Part shown: positions 1 to 10,108 of the stretch, one piece after another
Layout of the letters: the number at the start of each line of letters is the position of its first letter
Position numbering within the stretch: position 1 is the stretch's first letter
NCBI GenBank assembly: GCA_963743795.1
Contig: CAVUQZ010000009.1
Coordinates: 4,162-68,161 of the forward strand
DNA: 64,000 nucleotides
Direction of reading: 5' to 3'
Origin: an uncultured Chloroflexia bacterium
GTDB lineage: Bacteria > Chloroflexota > Limnocylindria > Limnocylindrales > CSP1-4
Made by a program: the position numbers and the translations under genes
Notes under the pieces: model-generated
What the model was told of the DNA's origin: nothing
The model's input: the letters and a program-made list of their open reading frames with translations, nothing else
The model's database searches: none

Positions 1-527
1 AGTACAGCATGCTGCCGCGGGCCACCAGCGAGCGCAACATCCGCGAGGCCACCAAGGGCAGGCTGGGCGGCCGAACTTACGAGATCCAGCGCCTGGTCGG
101 CCGGTCGCTGCGCGGCGTGGTCGACATGGCCAAGCTCGGCGAGCGGACGATCACCATCGACTGCGACGTGATCAACGCCGACGGCGGCACGCGCACCGCG
201 TCGATCACGGGCGGCTGGGTGGCCCTCGCGGCGGCGCTGCGCACCTACGGCATGGAACGCTGCCTGCTGGGCCGCGTGGCGGCGGTCAGCGTCGGCATCG
301 TCGACGGTGTCGCCTGCCTGGACCTCGACTACTCCGAGGACTCGCGGGCGGAGGTCGACTTCAACGTGGTGGCCACCGACGCGGGCAAGTACGTCGAGCT
401 GCAGGGCACGGCCGAAGGCAAGCCGTTCGCCCGGCCGGACGTGGACCGGCTGCTCGACCTCGCGGCCGGCGGGCTGGAGCGCCTCTTCGCCGCCCAGGCC
501 GAGGCAGTGGCCTCGGTCGCTCGCTAG
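1..527 (+). CDS. rph: Ribonuclease PH, 5' end cut by window edge
   Basis: ORF 9..527 has RNase PH hallmarks ([43 protein letters not shown]). The frame is open to the window start. Confidence 0.9.
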   Translation, partial: YSMLPRATSERNIREATKGRLGGRTYEIQRLVGRSLRGVVDMAKLGERTITIDCDVINADGGTRTASITGGWVALAAALRTYGMERCLLGRVAAVSVGIVDGVACLDLDYSEDSRAEVDFNVVATDAGKYVELQGTAEGKPFARPDVDRLLDLAAGGLERLFAAQAEAVASVAR

Positions 528-611
528 CGTCCGTGGCCCCGGGGCCGGTGAAGCGAGGAGCCGGCGGCCGGGCCGAGGCCGGCGGTCAGCCGGCAGCCGG
601 CGCTCGACGAT

Positions 612-1240
612 AGGCTCCTGGTCGCGACGCGATCGGCCCACAAGCTGCGCGAGCTGCGCGAGCTGCTGGGGCCGCTACGCGGCGGAGCTGCGTCGACCTC
701 GACGACGTCGGCCTCGTCGGCGAGGCGATCGAGGACGGCGAGACGTTCGAAGCCAACGCGTCGAAGAAGGCGCGCTTCTTCGCCGCCCTCTCCGGACTGC
801 CGACTCTGGCCGACGATTTCGGGCCTCGAGGTCGACGCGCTCGAGCGGCGGTCCCGGCGTTCGCACACGGCGCTACGCCGGCGAGAACGCCACGGACGAG
901 GACGAACAACGTGAAGCTCCTGCGGAGCGCTCGCCGGACTCGGCGCCGGCGCGGCGTGGCGCGCGCTACCGCTGCGTGCTGGCCCTGGCCCTGCCGGAAG
1001 AGCGCGGGCCGCGGGGCGGGATGCGCGTCAGGCTGGCCCACGGCACGCTGCGAGGGCCGGATCGCCGCCGCCCCACGCGGCGGTGGCGGCTTCGGCTACG
1101 ACCCGATCTTCGAGCCGGCCGCGGAGCCGCCCGGCGCCCGGACCCTGGGCGAGTGGACCGCCGAGGCCAAGAACCGCATCTCCCATCGCGGCCGCGCCGC
1201 GCGCCGGATGCACGGCATCCTGACCGACCTCGGATTCTGA
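612..1240 (+). pseudogene. rdgB: dITP/XTP pyrophosphatase (RdgB/HAM1 family), frame broken at least 3 times; start not resolved
   Basis: N-terminal LLVATRSAHKLRELRELLG is in one frame. The central part (DGETFEANASKKARFFAALSGLPTLADD, LEVDAL, YAGENATDED) is spread over other frames. The C-terminus GGGFGYDPIFEP...EAKNRISHRGRA is in ORF 911..1240. Confidence 0.7.
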
Positions 1241-1244
1241 TCCG

Positions 1245-2909
1245 CTACGCGAGCGGCTCCGGACCGCCGGCGTTCTCCAGCGATCCCACGCCACCGGCTC
1301 GAACGTGGCGGTACAGCGCGAAGGCAGCGGCCGTGATCACGGCCATCATGACCACGTCAGACGACATGTTCCGCCAGTCCCGGTACAGGTCGCTGTCGAA
1401 GGCGGTCGCGACCACCAGCCAGGCCGCCAGCGCGGCCAGCAGCGTGGCCGCGAGGATCCGCGTCAATTCGTCCGGCGGGGCGCGGTAGACGCGCCACAGG
1501 GACAGCAGGGCCGCGGCGAAGACGAGCACTACCAGAGCCAGGGCCGGCAGGCCCAGCTCGGCCGCGATCTCGGGCCAGAAGGTGTGGGCAGAGTCGAGAT
1601 CGAGATGGGCCTCGGGTGGCTTGTATCGGCCCACGTACTGCGTCTTGAACTGGTCGAGGCCGATGCCGAGGAGCGGGTGGTCGATGGCCATTTGCACGGC
1701 GGCTCGCGTGGCGTAGAACCGCTCCAGCAGCGACCCGCGGCCGGAGAGAGTCGAGGGATTCCACGAGTCGAACCGGCTCTCGCCGATGAGGGAGACCATC
1801 ACGCTGCGGTAGGCGCTGTCCAGGGGCGGCGCGACCTGGAGCACGAAGGCCGGCCAAGGGATGACCGCCGTCGACAGCAGACCCCCGACAACCACTATCG
1901 CCGCCCGTTGACGCCAGCTCTGAACGAGCAGCAGAAGCAGGACCGCCGACCCGGCGGAGGTTGCCAGCCACGCGCTCTTCGAGAACGTCAGGAAGAGGCT
2001 CGTCAGACAGGCTGCCACGGCCACCACGAGAAGAGCGACCGTGACGCGGCTCAAGGCGAGGCGCCTGCGTTCGATCAGCGCCGCCAGCAGGAGCGGCATC
2101 GCCGTGGCCAGCATCTCGCCGAACAGGCCGACGTTGAAGTAGGTGAGCCGCGAGAAGAGCAGCCGATCCGCCTGGAGTAGCGACAGTGATCCGACGGCCG
2201 GCAGCGTCTGGATCATGTTGAGCAGTCCGCCCAGCCCGACGGAGAAGCCCAGCGCGATCGCCACGAGCACCAGAGTCCGGCGAGTGGGTCGCAGCGCGAA
2301 CAGCAGCAGGCCCATCGCCACCGGCTCGAGGATGCCGTGGAACAGGACCGTCGCGCTCGTCCCCACAGCCGGCGAGAAGGCGGTCGAAACGGTCGCCAGC
2401 GGCAGGAGCGCGACGAGCGCCACGCCGGCAACGCGAAGCGGCGTCAGATCGCCGCCTTGGCGGCCCAGCATTCGGGCCCAGGCCGCGATCGACGCCGGCG
2501 TAACGTCGTCGCGAAGGAGGCAGCCAAAACCGACCGCGGCCAGGAACAGCGTCTGGCCGATGACCTGGACCGGGCCGGCGTGCCACGACACCTGCGCCAT
2601 GTCCCAGTACGGCGTCAGCAGAAGGACGGCCAGGTAGGCCGGCCAGGGCCGCAGGACCGCATAGCCCGCGACGGCTGCGGCGACCAGCGGCACGGTCCCC
2701 GCCAGCGCCCGGGCTGCCAGGCCGGCCTGGATGTCGTACGGGGCGTGCTCGTTGAACGCGACGATCGCCAGCGTAGCAAGGAAGACGGCGCCGGCTACCA
2801 GCGCTCTGGCGAGCGCGCGACCGCGCAAACGGGTCAGGTGGGAGGGGCTCAACGACGCCTTGACTTGTTCGGCGGTGTCCAATCGAAGCGCCCCGTGAGC
2901 GAGCTTCAA
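1245..2909 (-). CDS. Polytopic membrane protein, O-antigen ligase/polymerase-like (Wzy_C-type)
   Basis: ORF 1245..3137 has many hydrophobic helices and a [20 protein letters not shown] segment with a large periplasmic-type loop, typical of the O-antigen ligase family. The N-terminal roughly 75 aa of the ORF are Arg/Pro-rich and non-protein-like. A TTG at 2909 is a possible start, so the start is uncertain. Confidence 0.6.
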   Translation of the reverse strand: MKLAHGALRLDTAEQVKASLSPSHLTRLRGRALARALVAGAVFLATLAIVAFNEHAPYDIQAGLAARALAGTVPLVAAAVAGYAVLRPWPAYLAVLLLTPYWDMAQVSWHAGPVQVIGQTLFLAAVGFGCLLRDDVTPASIAAWARMLGRQGGDLTPLRVAGVALVALLPLATVSTAFSPAVGTSATVLFHGILEPVAMGLLLFALRPTRRTLVLVAIALGFSVGLGGLLNMIQTLPAVGSLSLLQADRLLFSRLTYFNVGLFGEMLATAMPLLLAALIERRRLALSRVTVALLVVAVAACLTSLFLTFSKSAWLATSAGSAVLLLLLVQSWRQRAAIVVVGGLLSTAVIPWPAFVLQVAPPLDSAYRSVMVSLIGESRFDSWNPSTLSGRGSLLERFYATRAAVQMAIDHPLLGIGLDQFKTQYVGRYKPPEAHLDLDSAHTFWPEIAAELGLPALALVVLVFAAALLSLWRVYRAPPDELTRILAATLLAALAAWLVVATAFDSDLYRDWRNMSSDVVMMAVITAAAFALYRHVRAGGVGSLENAGGPEPLA

Positions 2910-3121
2910 GCTCGAACCGGCACCGGGGTGGCGCCGGGTCCCTCCCTCCCAGCTCGACGGCTCCGGGCAGTCTCGGGCCAGCCGGTTGGGTCGCCCCGGG
3001 ATACTACGGCATGGCCCTCTGTCGCGCCATGCAGGTGAGCGGCGGCCCGGGCCGACCGGCCTCAGGCCGTCGCGCCACGCCGCCGGCGGCGACCTCTCGA
3101 CAGGCGCGTCATGCTGATGAG

Positions 3122-3697
3122 GTGAACAGCCCGACATGGCTGCACGTGGACCGGCCCGACCGAACGCCTGCCCTGATCGCGCTCGAGCAGGGCGACATCA
3201 CCTCGGTTCGAGCCGACGCGGTCGTCAATGCGGCGAACGCGGCGCTGGCCGGAGGCGGCGGCGTGGACGGCGCCATCCATCGAGCCGCGGGCCCCGAGCT
3301 GATGGCGGAGCTGCGATCGCGCTACCGCGGCTGCCCCACGGGAAGCGCCGTGATCACCGGTTCCGGCCGCCTCGCCCGGATCGGCGTGCAGTGGGTCATC
3401 CACGCCGTTGGGCCGGTGTGGTCCGGCGGTGGCGGGGACGAGGAGGAGCTGCTGCGATCCGCCTACCTGACCGCGCTCCGCCTGGCCGACGAGGCCGGCG
3501 CCACCACCGTGGCCCTGCCGGCGATCAGCTGCGGCGTCTACGGCTACCCCCTCGGCGAGGGGTCCGCGGTGGCGTTGCGGGCCGCTCGCGACGGCCTGGC
3601 GGACGCGCGCCGCCTGGAGCGCGCCACTTTCGTGCTCTACTCGAGCGACACCTACGCGGCCTTCGCCGCCGCTCTGACGGACCTGGCCGGGGGCTGA
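3122..3697 (+). CDS. Macro-domain protein (O-acetyl-ADP-ribose deacetylase / ADP-ribose binding, YmdB-like)
   Basis: [37 protein letters not shown] ... VIHAVGPVW ... [12 protein letters not shown]. No in-frame ATG lies between 3011 and the domain; GTG at 3122 is a candidate start. Confidence 0.8.
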   Translation: MNSPTWLHVDRPDRTPALIALEQGDITSVRADAVVNAANAALAGGGGVDGAIHRAAGPELMAELRSRYRGCPTGSAVITGSGRLARIGVQWVIHAVGPVWSGGGGDEEELLRSAYLTALRLADEAGATTVALPAISCGVYGYPLGEGSAVALRAARDGLADARRLERATFVLYSSDTYAAFAAALTDLAGG

Positions 3698-3757
3698 CCG
3701 CCCACCCGGGCGCGGCGGGAGTACGACGGGCAGCCGGGCACCGCCTGCGGTCGGCTC

Positions 3758-4006
3758 TCAGCTGACGCCGGTATCAATCCTCATCGCGAAGTCGCCATCA
3801 CCTTTGAGCCAGCGATAGGCAACGTCCGACGAGAGCCGACGCTTGAACCAAAGCTCAGGCTGGCGCGCATAGACTGAGGGGCGGCGCGGCCCTGACCGGG
3901 CTGCCAGCGACCATCGATCACGAGACTTGGCATGTTGGAGGGGCGGCCGGACCGGCTCGATCGAGACGTACGGCGGCAGCAGACGGGGACGCGCGTGACA
4001 GAGCAT
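3758..4006 (-). CDS. Hypothetical small protein, weak call
   Basis: 82-aa ORF with slightly lower GC than its neighbours. No recognisable motif, and it may be spurious. Confidence 0.2.
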   Translation of the reverse strand: MLCHARPRLLPPYVSIEPVRPPLQHAKSRDRWSLAARSGPRRPSVYARQPELWFKRRLSSDVAYRWLKGDGDFAMRIDTGVS

Positions 4007-4028
4007 TCAGATCCTGGTCAGGAAAGCC

Positions 4029-5570
4029 TTGTCGACGGTTCGCAGCCCGTCGAGCACAGGGTCGTGGGCGGCCCCGTCCGGGCGGACCGGCCAATCCGCG
4101 CCGGATCGGGACGACCGACCCGTCGAGTCCTGCTCGGCCTCGTCGCCGTTCTCGTTGTCGCGGCGGTTCTCGGTTACTGCCCTGGCATGGCGGACGGGCT
4201 GGAGTTCGAACAGCGGCGGGCCGCTATCTTCGTCGTCGCAGTCGTCCGCAGCGGCATCGGCGGCGGCGAGCCTGGATCCAACCGGGATCCTGATCGTCGG
4301 TCGGGACTATCAATTGCAGTCCGGCTCGACAGACGAGGCGGTCGCGATGGCGTTCGACCAGGCTTTGCGGCTCGCCGAGGAGGGCAATCCGAACGACCTC
4401 GGCTATCCCTGGATCGACCCTTCGACCGGTGAGCTGGTGGTCTCCGCGGCGACCGCCCACGGTCGGGCCCTGCTGGAGAGCACCTCCTTCGGTGTCCCGG
4501 TCCGGATCCGGGACGTGGCTCACACCTCTGCCGAGCTCCAGAAGATCCAGGACGACGCCACACGCCTCTATGCCCAGGGCGTGCCAGACGCGGTGCTCAT
4601 CTACGAGACGGGTCCGGACTTTCGTGACAACAGGACGTGGATCACAATCGCTCGCTTCAGCCGGCCGCTGCTCGATGAGCTCGCCCGTCGGTTCCCGCCG
4701 GATGCGCTGGTGGTGGTTGTCGATCCGACCCGCTACCCGCTGCAGGGGACCGCAACGCCTGACACGTCGAGGCTTCACAAGCAGGCGCAGGCCGCGCTGG
4801 CCAGATGGACCGACGCGGTCGCAGCCGCCGGCGGTCGATCCGACTTCGCTCCCGTGGGCGAACTGACCGGCCAGGTTGGCGATTGGGAGGAAGCCGTCGG
4901 AGGCAATAACAAGATCGCCCTGATGTCCGGCGTGGTCGAGGCGGCCGTTAGCCTGCCAGCCGAAACACCGCCCGATGGGGAGGTTCGCTGGCAGAACGGC
5001 AGCATCGAGACGGTTCGACTGATGTCCGCGCAGCAGGCCTTGTCGGGGATAAGGGCCGACGGGGCTGCGGCTGGGCCCTGTCCCGACTGCGTACCGTTGC
5101 AGATCACCGGGGCACGGCTGACGAGCGGGTCGGTTGAAACGAGCCGCGGCCCCGCGGAGGCTCCAGTGTGGGAGTTCAGCCTGCAGGGCACGGAAGTCCG
5201 GGTGACCCGCGTTGCCGTCGCCGACCGCGTCACCGTGGTTCCTCCCCCCTGGGATCCCAACAACTCGCCCGTGGGCATCTCGATCGACTCGGCGACCGGA
5301 ACCGTAGGCGGGCGGCAGCTGACTGTCACCTTCACCGGTGCGCCGGGAACGGGCGATCAGGCGTGCGGCGCCGACTACACCGCCGAGGCCGTCGAATTGT
5401 CCACGGCGGTCGTGGTCATCGTCATCGAGCACTCGAACGGACTCCCTGTGGCATGTTCAGCTGTCGGTGCCCGACGCACGGCCGAGGCCCAGCTGTCCGC
5501 ACCCCTCGGTGGACGCGCCGTGCTCGAGGTGCAGGAAGGGCGACCCGTCCCGGTGCTCCTGACCCCTTGA
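4029..5570 (+). CDS. Hypothetical exported protein; N-terminus probably in another frame
   Basis: 513-aa ORF that is protein-like from about aa 95 (ILIVGRDYQLQSGSTDEAVAMAFDQAL...). A transmembrane/signal-like segment (VLLGLVAVLVVAAVLG) lies just upstream in the frame of ORF 3932..4432, which suggests a frameshift near 4180-4250. Confidence 0.45.
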   Translation: MSTVRSPSSTGSWAAPSGRTGQSAPDRDDRPVESCSASSPFSLSRRFSVTALAWRTGWSSNSGGPLSSSSQSSAAASAAASLDPTGILIVGRDYQLQSGSTDEAVAMAFDQALRLAEEGNPNDLGYPWIDPSTGELVVSAATAHGRALLESTSFGVPVRIRDVAHTSAELQKIQDDATRLYAQGVPDAVLIYETGPDFRDNRTWITIARFSRPLLDELARRFPPDALVVVVDPTRYPLQGTATPDTSRLHKQAQAALARWTDAVAAAGGRSDFAPVGELTGQVGDWEEAVGGNNKIALMSGVVEAAVSLPAETPPDGEVRWQNGSIETVRLMSAQQALSGIRADGAAAGPCPDCVPLQITGARLTSGSVETSRGPAEAPVWEFSLQGTEVRVTRVAVADRVTVVPPPWDPNNSPVGISIDSATGTVGGRQLTVTFTGAPGTGDQACGADYTAEAVELSTAVVVIVIEHSNGLPVACSAVGARRTAEAQLSAPLGGRAVLEVQEGRPVPVLLTP

Positions 5571-5665
5571 CCCCTGCAGCAGCCGCATCCGCCTGCGCTC
5601 AGCGAACGACTCGGCGCCGGTCGCGGCACACGGAACCCGCCAGCGGCGAAGGCCGTCAAACGCGT

Positions 5666-6142
5666 ATGCAAATCAGCAAACTGGCAACCGCGGCTTTGAT
5701 CTCCTGGGCGCTCGTTGGCTGCGTCGCCGGCTCGACTTCCTCAACCTCGACTTCCTCAACCTCGACTTCCTCAACCTCGCCTGCCGAAGACTCGATCGGC
5801 CTTGGCGTGATCAACAACACGGAGCTGCGGGTTTCCCTCGTGGTGAACGCCATAGTGATCAAAACGTTCGCACCGCATACCTGGGACCTGACCATCCACA
5901 TGAGCGCGCTCCCGCCCCTGCCCTGGGTTGTCCAGGCCCGCACTTCATCGGGGCGCGTGCTGGTCACCATGACAGCGGGCCCGGGAGACGTCCAAGGGCC
6001 GGCCGAGATTGGACAGGTGCACTTTGGCAAGTACTCAGCCGTGAACCTCTCTTGCGGGGAACTGAGCATGTGGACCGGTGCCGTCCAGCCGACCGGGGGA
6101 GGCCCCCCTGACCCCGGGTCGCCGGGCGACTGCCTCCCTTAG
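5666..6142 (+). CDS. Lipoprotein, function unknown
   Basis: An internal ATG at 5666 gives MQISKLATAALISWALVGC with lipobox LVGC, followed by a Ser/Thr linker and a globular domain. The upstream part of ORF 5168..6142 is Arg-rich shadow sequence overlapping gene 4029..5570. Confidence 0.6.
   Translation: MQISKLATAALISWALVGCVAGSTSSTSTSSTSTSSTSPAEDSIGLGVINNTELRVSLVVNAIVIKTFAPHTWDLTIHMSALPPLPWVVQARTSSGRVLVTMTAGPGDVQGPAEIGQVHFGKYSAVNLSCGELSMWTGAVQPTGGGPPDPGSPGDCLP
5731..5775. repeat. 3 x 15-bp perfect tandem repeat (ctcgacttcctcaac) encoding the STSTS linker of the lipoprotein
   Basis: Read directly from the sequence at 5731-5745, 5746-5760 and 5761-5775. Confidence 0.9.
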
Positions 6143-6169
6143 CATCGCTGGCCGTATCATTGCCCCACT

Positions 6170-6245
6170 CGGGGTGTGGCGTAGTGGCTAACGCACATGC
6201 TTTGGGAGCATGAGATCGTGGGTTCGAATCCCACCACCCCGACCA
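6170..6245 (+). tRNA. tRNA-Pro (anticodon UGG), CCA encoded
   Basis: Hand-folded. Acceptor CGGGGTG/CACCCCG, D stem GCGT/ACGC, anticodon stem CATGC/GCATG with loop TTTGGGA, T stem GTGGG/CCCAC with loop TTCGAAT, discriminator A, then CCA. Confidence 0.9.
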
Positions 6246-6283
6246 GCCCGAGCATTGCCAAACGCCGCGAGGAGAGGGTCGGT

Positions 6284-7477
6284 ATGAGCGACAATGCCGG
6301 GCAGTTTCGGTACGGAGTGCTGGGTGCAGGGCGGCAGGGGACCGCCGCCGCCTACGACCTGGCGCTCCGGGGCGAGGCCGTTTCCATGGTTCTGGCGGAC
6401 CTCGACGGAGCGCGGGCGACGGCTGCGGCGGCCCGGGTCAACCAGCTCGCCGGCCGGGACGTCGCCACCGGAGTGGGGCTGGACGCGACCGACTCCCCTG
6501 CCCTCGTTGACTTCCTCAAACCGCTTGACGCTGCCATCGGGGCGATCAGCTACAAGCTGAACCTGGGCTTCACCGAGGCGGCGATCGAGGCGAAGACCGA
6601 CTGGTGCGACCTGGGCGGTAACACCGAGGTCGTCCTCAGTCAGCTCGCACTCGACGTCCGGGCGAAGGAGGCGGGCATCCGAGTCGTGCCCGACTGCGGC
6701 GAGGCTCCGGGGCTGGCGAGCAACCTGATGGCGTATGCCATGTCGCTCCTCGACGAGCCCGAGGACCTGGTCCTGCTCGACGGTGGACTGCCGCTCCACC
6801 CGACCCCGCCCTGGAATTACCGCCTGACCTTCTCGATGGACGGCCTCACCAACGAATACGCGGGTGGCAGCGTCTACATTCGCGACGGCAAGGCCGTCGA
6901 GGTTGCCTCGTTCGATCCGGCCGAATACGAGCTGGTGGACCTGGGCGAGCCGGTCGGCATGTTGGAGGCCTTCTCGACCGGCGGCGCCTCCACTACTCCC
7001 TGGACCCTGGGCAAGCGCCTCCGCTCGATGCGCAACAAGGTCGTCCGATACCCAGGCCATGTGGCGGTGTGGAAGGGGTTCATGGACGCCGGGCTCTTCT
7101 CCGAGCAGCCGATCCGGGTCGGCGGCCAGGACGTGGTCCCGCGCCAGCTGTTCCACGCCCTGATCGAGCCCCAGATCCGGGCCGACGAGACGGTCGACGA
7201 CATCGTCATCGCCCACGTCATCGTCACCGGACGGAATGCCGGGCAGCCCACTCGGGCGATCGTGGACATGCGAGTCGTGCGCGATAGCGAGCTCGGTTTC
7301 TCGGCGATGGAGGAGACGACCGGCTGGCACGCCGCCATCGTCGCCCATCTCATGGCCAGCAGCCGGATCGCCCTGGGCGCGGCCCCGGTCGAGCTGGCCA
7401 CCGACAGCGCGGAGATCGTCGCCGAGCTGCGCCGGCGCGGCTTCCCGATCACCGAGTCGATCGAGCCGATCGACTGA
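6284..7477 (+). CDS. Saccharopine dehydrogenase-like NAD(P)-binding oxidoreductase
   Basis: ATG at 6284 preceded by gaggagaggg (SD). N-terminal Rossmann motif YGVLGAGRQGTAAAYDL and a family-typical C-terminal domain. The ORF-track start 6197 overlaps the tRNA and is rejected. Confidence 0.8.
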   Translation: MSDNAGQFRYGVLGAGRQGTAAAYDLALRGEAVSMVLADLDGARATAAAARVNQLAGRDVATGVGLDATDSPALVDFLKPLDAAIGAISYKLNLGFTEAAIEAKTDWCDLGGNTEVVLSQLALDVRAKEAGIRVVPDCGEAPGLASNLMAYAMSLLDEPEDLVLLDGGLPLHPTPPWNYRLTFSMDGLTNEYAGGSVYIRDGKAVEVASFDPAEYELVDLGEPVGMLEAFSTGGASTTPWTLGKRLRSMRNKVVRYPGHVAVWKGFMDAGLFSEQPIRVGGQDVVPRQLFHALIEPQIRADETVDDIVIAHVIVTGRNAGQPTRAIVDMRVVRDSELGFSAMEETTGWHAAIVAHLMASSRIALGAAPVELATDSAEIVAELRRRGFPITESIEPID

Positions 7478-7504
7478 CCGGCGCGCCCGTCCCGCCCGGA
7501 GCCG

Positions 7505-8089
7505 TCAGTCGCGCCGCCACAGGTTCGAAAAGGGCTCGCCGCGCGCCGCCAGGGTGGCCACCTGCTCCACGTGGGCGACTCGCGTCTCGGGCCGCTTGAA
7601 CTGCGTGACCCAGGCCAGGGCCATCCTTCGAGTTGAGGCCGACCACGCGTCGAACTGCTCGCGCGCGCCCGGTCGGGCGTCCAGCGCGGCGGCCAGATCG
7701 GCGGGCATGACCAGCGCCTCGATGTCGTCGAGTGAATTCCACGAGCCGTTTACGCGGGCTCGCTCCACGGCCTCCAGGCCCGCCGTCGTCATCAGACCCG
7801 CGGCCTCGAGGCGGGCGACCCGCTCCTTGTTCGAGCGAGCCCAGGTGCTCTTCGGCCGCCGCGGCGCGAACCACTGCATCGAACGTTCGTCGTCGACCGG
7901 GCGCAGCCGGCCGTCGATCCAGCCGAAGCAGAGTGCCTCCTCGACCGCCTCCTCGTAACCAAGGGTCGGCCTGCCGGTGCGCCTCTTCCAGGTCACCAGC
8001 CACACACCTGTGCTGTCGCGATGGTTCGCGGCGAGCCATTCGCGCCAGGCCGCGCGACTCTCGGGCTGTACGCGGGCTCCGTCGTCCAT
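7505..8089 (-). CDS. YdeI/OmpD-associated family protein (DUF1801-like)
   Basis: The internal ATG at 8089 gives MDDGARVQPESRAAWREWLAANH...GVWLVTWKRRTGRP..., ALCFGWIDG and FKRPETR. The upstream 114 aa of the ORF are Ala/Arg-rich shadow. Confidence 0.8.
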   Translation of the reverse strand: MDDGARVQPESRAAWREWLAANHRDSTGVWLVTWKRRTGRPTLGYEEAVEEALCFGWIDGRLRPVDDERSMQWFAPRRPKSTWARSNKERVARLEAAGLMTTAGLEAVERARVNGSWNSLDDIEALVMPADLAAALDARPGAREQFDAWSASTRRMALAWVTQFKRPETRVAHVEQVATLAARGEPFSNLWRRD

Positions 8090-8271
8090 GGCACAAGTAT
8101 CGAACAGGGCGGCCGATGCCGCGGCGCCGCCAAGCGCCTGGAAGGGCTGGCTGGACGAAGCCGCTCGCGCAGCGCTCGAGGCGCGTGCGGCCCTGGGCCG
8201 GGCGACGGCTGCCGGCCCGCCGCCAGCGGCGGCCCAAGCCGCACGGCGCTGTGCCGGTTCGGGCGAGCCGC

Positions 8272-8277
8272 TATCCT
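8272..8277 (+). promoter_or_regulatory. Candidate -10 hexamer (TATCCT) 7 nt upstream of the GH1 ATG; suggests a leaderless transcript
   Basis: tatcct-ccaggac-ATG(8285). TANNNT at the spacing expected if the A of ATG is +1. Confidence 0.3.
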
Positions 8278-8284
8278 CCAGGAC

Positions 8285-9578
8285 ATGAACGAACTCGTCT
8301 TTCCAGCCGGCTTTCTGTGGGGGACGGCCACCGCTGCTCACCAGGTCGAGGGCGACAACTCGAACAGCGACTGGTGGGAGTGGGAATCGCGGCCCGGACA
8401 CTCCATGCAAGGAGCCGAGCGGCACCGCCATCGAGCACTACACCCGTTACGGCCGCGACGTCGCCATCCTGGCCGGGCTCGGCTTCAACACCTACCGCTT
8501 CTCGGTCGAGTGGGCCCGCATCGAGCCCAGCGAGGGCCAGTTCGACGAGACAGAGCTGGAGCACTACCGGCGCATGGTGGAGGTGGTCCGCAAGAGCAAG
8601 CTCACGCCGATGGTCACGCTCAACCACTTCACCCTGCCGCGGTGGGTCGCCAAGCGGGGCGGCTGGCTCTCCGAGGCGACGCCGGCCCTCTTCGAGCGGT
8701 ACGTCCGGCGCGTGGTCGAGGCCCTCGGCGACACCGTCGACTGGTACTGCACGATCAACGAGCCGGGAGTGGTCGCCTTCGGCGGCTACATGGGCGCCTT
8801 CGGCTTCCCGCCCGGAACTCACGGCCTGGCCAACTGGACCAGGGCCGCCGATACGCTCGTCGCCGGCCACACGCGGGCACGAGCGGCAGTCAAGGAGCTC
8901 CGCCCCCGCGCGCAGGTCGGCCAGACCCACTCGATGCAGGAGTGGGAGTCGAACGCCGGCGGCACGGTCGCGGTCATGGAATACGCCCGCCACATGGGCG
9001 AGGACGTCTTCCTCGAGGCCTCGAAGGAGGACGACTTCATCGGCGTCCAGACGTACACGCGCGCCCGGCTGGATATGCCGCGAGTGGTCGGCTGGCTGAC
9101 CAGGGCGGCCCTTTCCGTCGACGCGATCGAGAAGCTCGTCGTCACGCGGCTGGTCAACCGCCAGACCAGCGCGCGATCCCACCGTCCACGCCCGCGAGGG
9201 AATCCGCCGCACCCAGATGGGCTACGAGTTCCGGCCGCAGGCCGTTGCCGCCACCGTCCGCCGAGCGGCCGAGCTACTGCCCGGCAAGCCGATCGTGGTC
9301 ACGGAACACGGCGTCGCCACGGCCGACGACGCGGAGCGGATCGAGTTCATCACGGACGGGCTCGACGGCCCTTCACGACGTCATCGGCGACGGGATCCCG
9401 CTGCGCGGCTACATCCACTGGAGCGCCTTCGACAACTTCGAGTGGGCGCTCGGCTACGCCATGCAGTTCGGGCTGATCGCGGTCGACCGGACGACGCAGG
9501 AACGGACGGTCGAAGCCGTCGGCGCACTTCCTCGGCGACATCGCGCGCAAGAACAGGCTGACCCTGCCCGACTCCTAG
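8285..9578 (+). pseudogene. GH1 beta-glucosidase, frame changes at least 4 times
   Basis: MNELVFPAGFLWGTATAAHQVEGDN (frame of 8021..9913). LNHFTLPRW...YCTINEPGVVA (8574..9476). VVTEHGVATADDAERIEFI (9217..9561). LRGYIHWSAFDNFEWALGYAMQFGLIAVD (back in the first frame). Terminal TAG at 9576-9578. Confidence 0.85.
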
Positions 9579-10108
9579 GCGCCGTCGGCAGAACCGCCGC
9601 GCCTGGCCCTGTCGCCGGCTGCGGCGATCGCGGCCCTCGCGGCTCGCGGCCCCCGGATAGCACAAGACCGGCGCAATGTCTGGCGCCGGTCCTGGCATAT
9701 CGCGAGTGCGGCAGGGACGTCGGCCCCTACCGCGCGGGACTGCCAGCGCGAGTGTCACCGCTGAGGTTGCCCGCCCGGGGTCTCCTGAGGAGGTTGAACG
9801 CGCCGCGATCCGGGTCGGCCGTGGGCGAGAGTCCCCCGCCGCCGCGAATAAGTCGCGAACCTTGTGCCGCCGTCGCTGCCTGCATCGTGCCTCCGGAGAC
9901 CCTTGGCGGATGAGACGGTTACACCGTACGCCTGCCATCGGGCGACCGCAATACCCGATCGGATGCTACCCGTTGGGAAAGCCGTTTCGGCCCGCGCCTG
10001 GCCGTCGAGCATTGCCATCCAAGCCCCGTCCTGCGACGCACGAGTACTCTGTCCGCGTGTCAGAAGCCGCTTCCTGCCGGCAGGCCGCCGGCCAGGTAGG
10101 CGTCCCCA

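Noticed and set aside
1357-2586. Long ORFs overlapping real genes in other frames or on the other strand. Examples: 1357..2586, 6188..7348, 7732..9099, 18831..20243, 36880..38373, 38092..39540, 41542..42678, 45631..47001, 46547..48427, 55704..57335, 56060..57550, 61632..62912.
   Set aside because: They have Arg/Pro/Gly/Ala-rich, low-complexity translations typical of shadow frames in high-GC DNA. Each overlaps a gene with clear family motifs.
9770-9800. B12-box-like string (complement reads ctcaggagaccccggg, similar to AGUCAGGAGACCUGCC) in the long spacer.
   Set aside because: It is on the minus strand with no minus-strand gene downstream. I could not find the other cobalamin-riboswitch elements.
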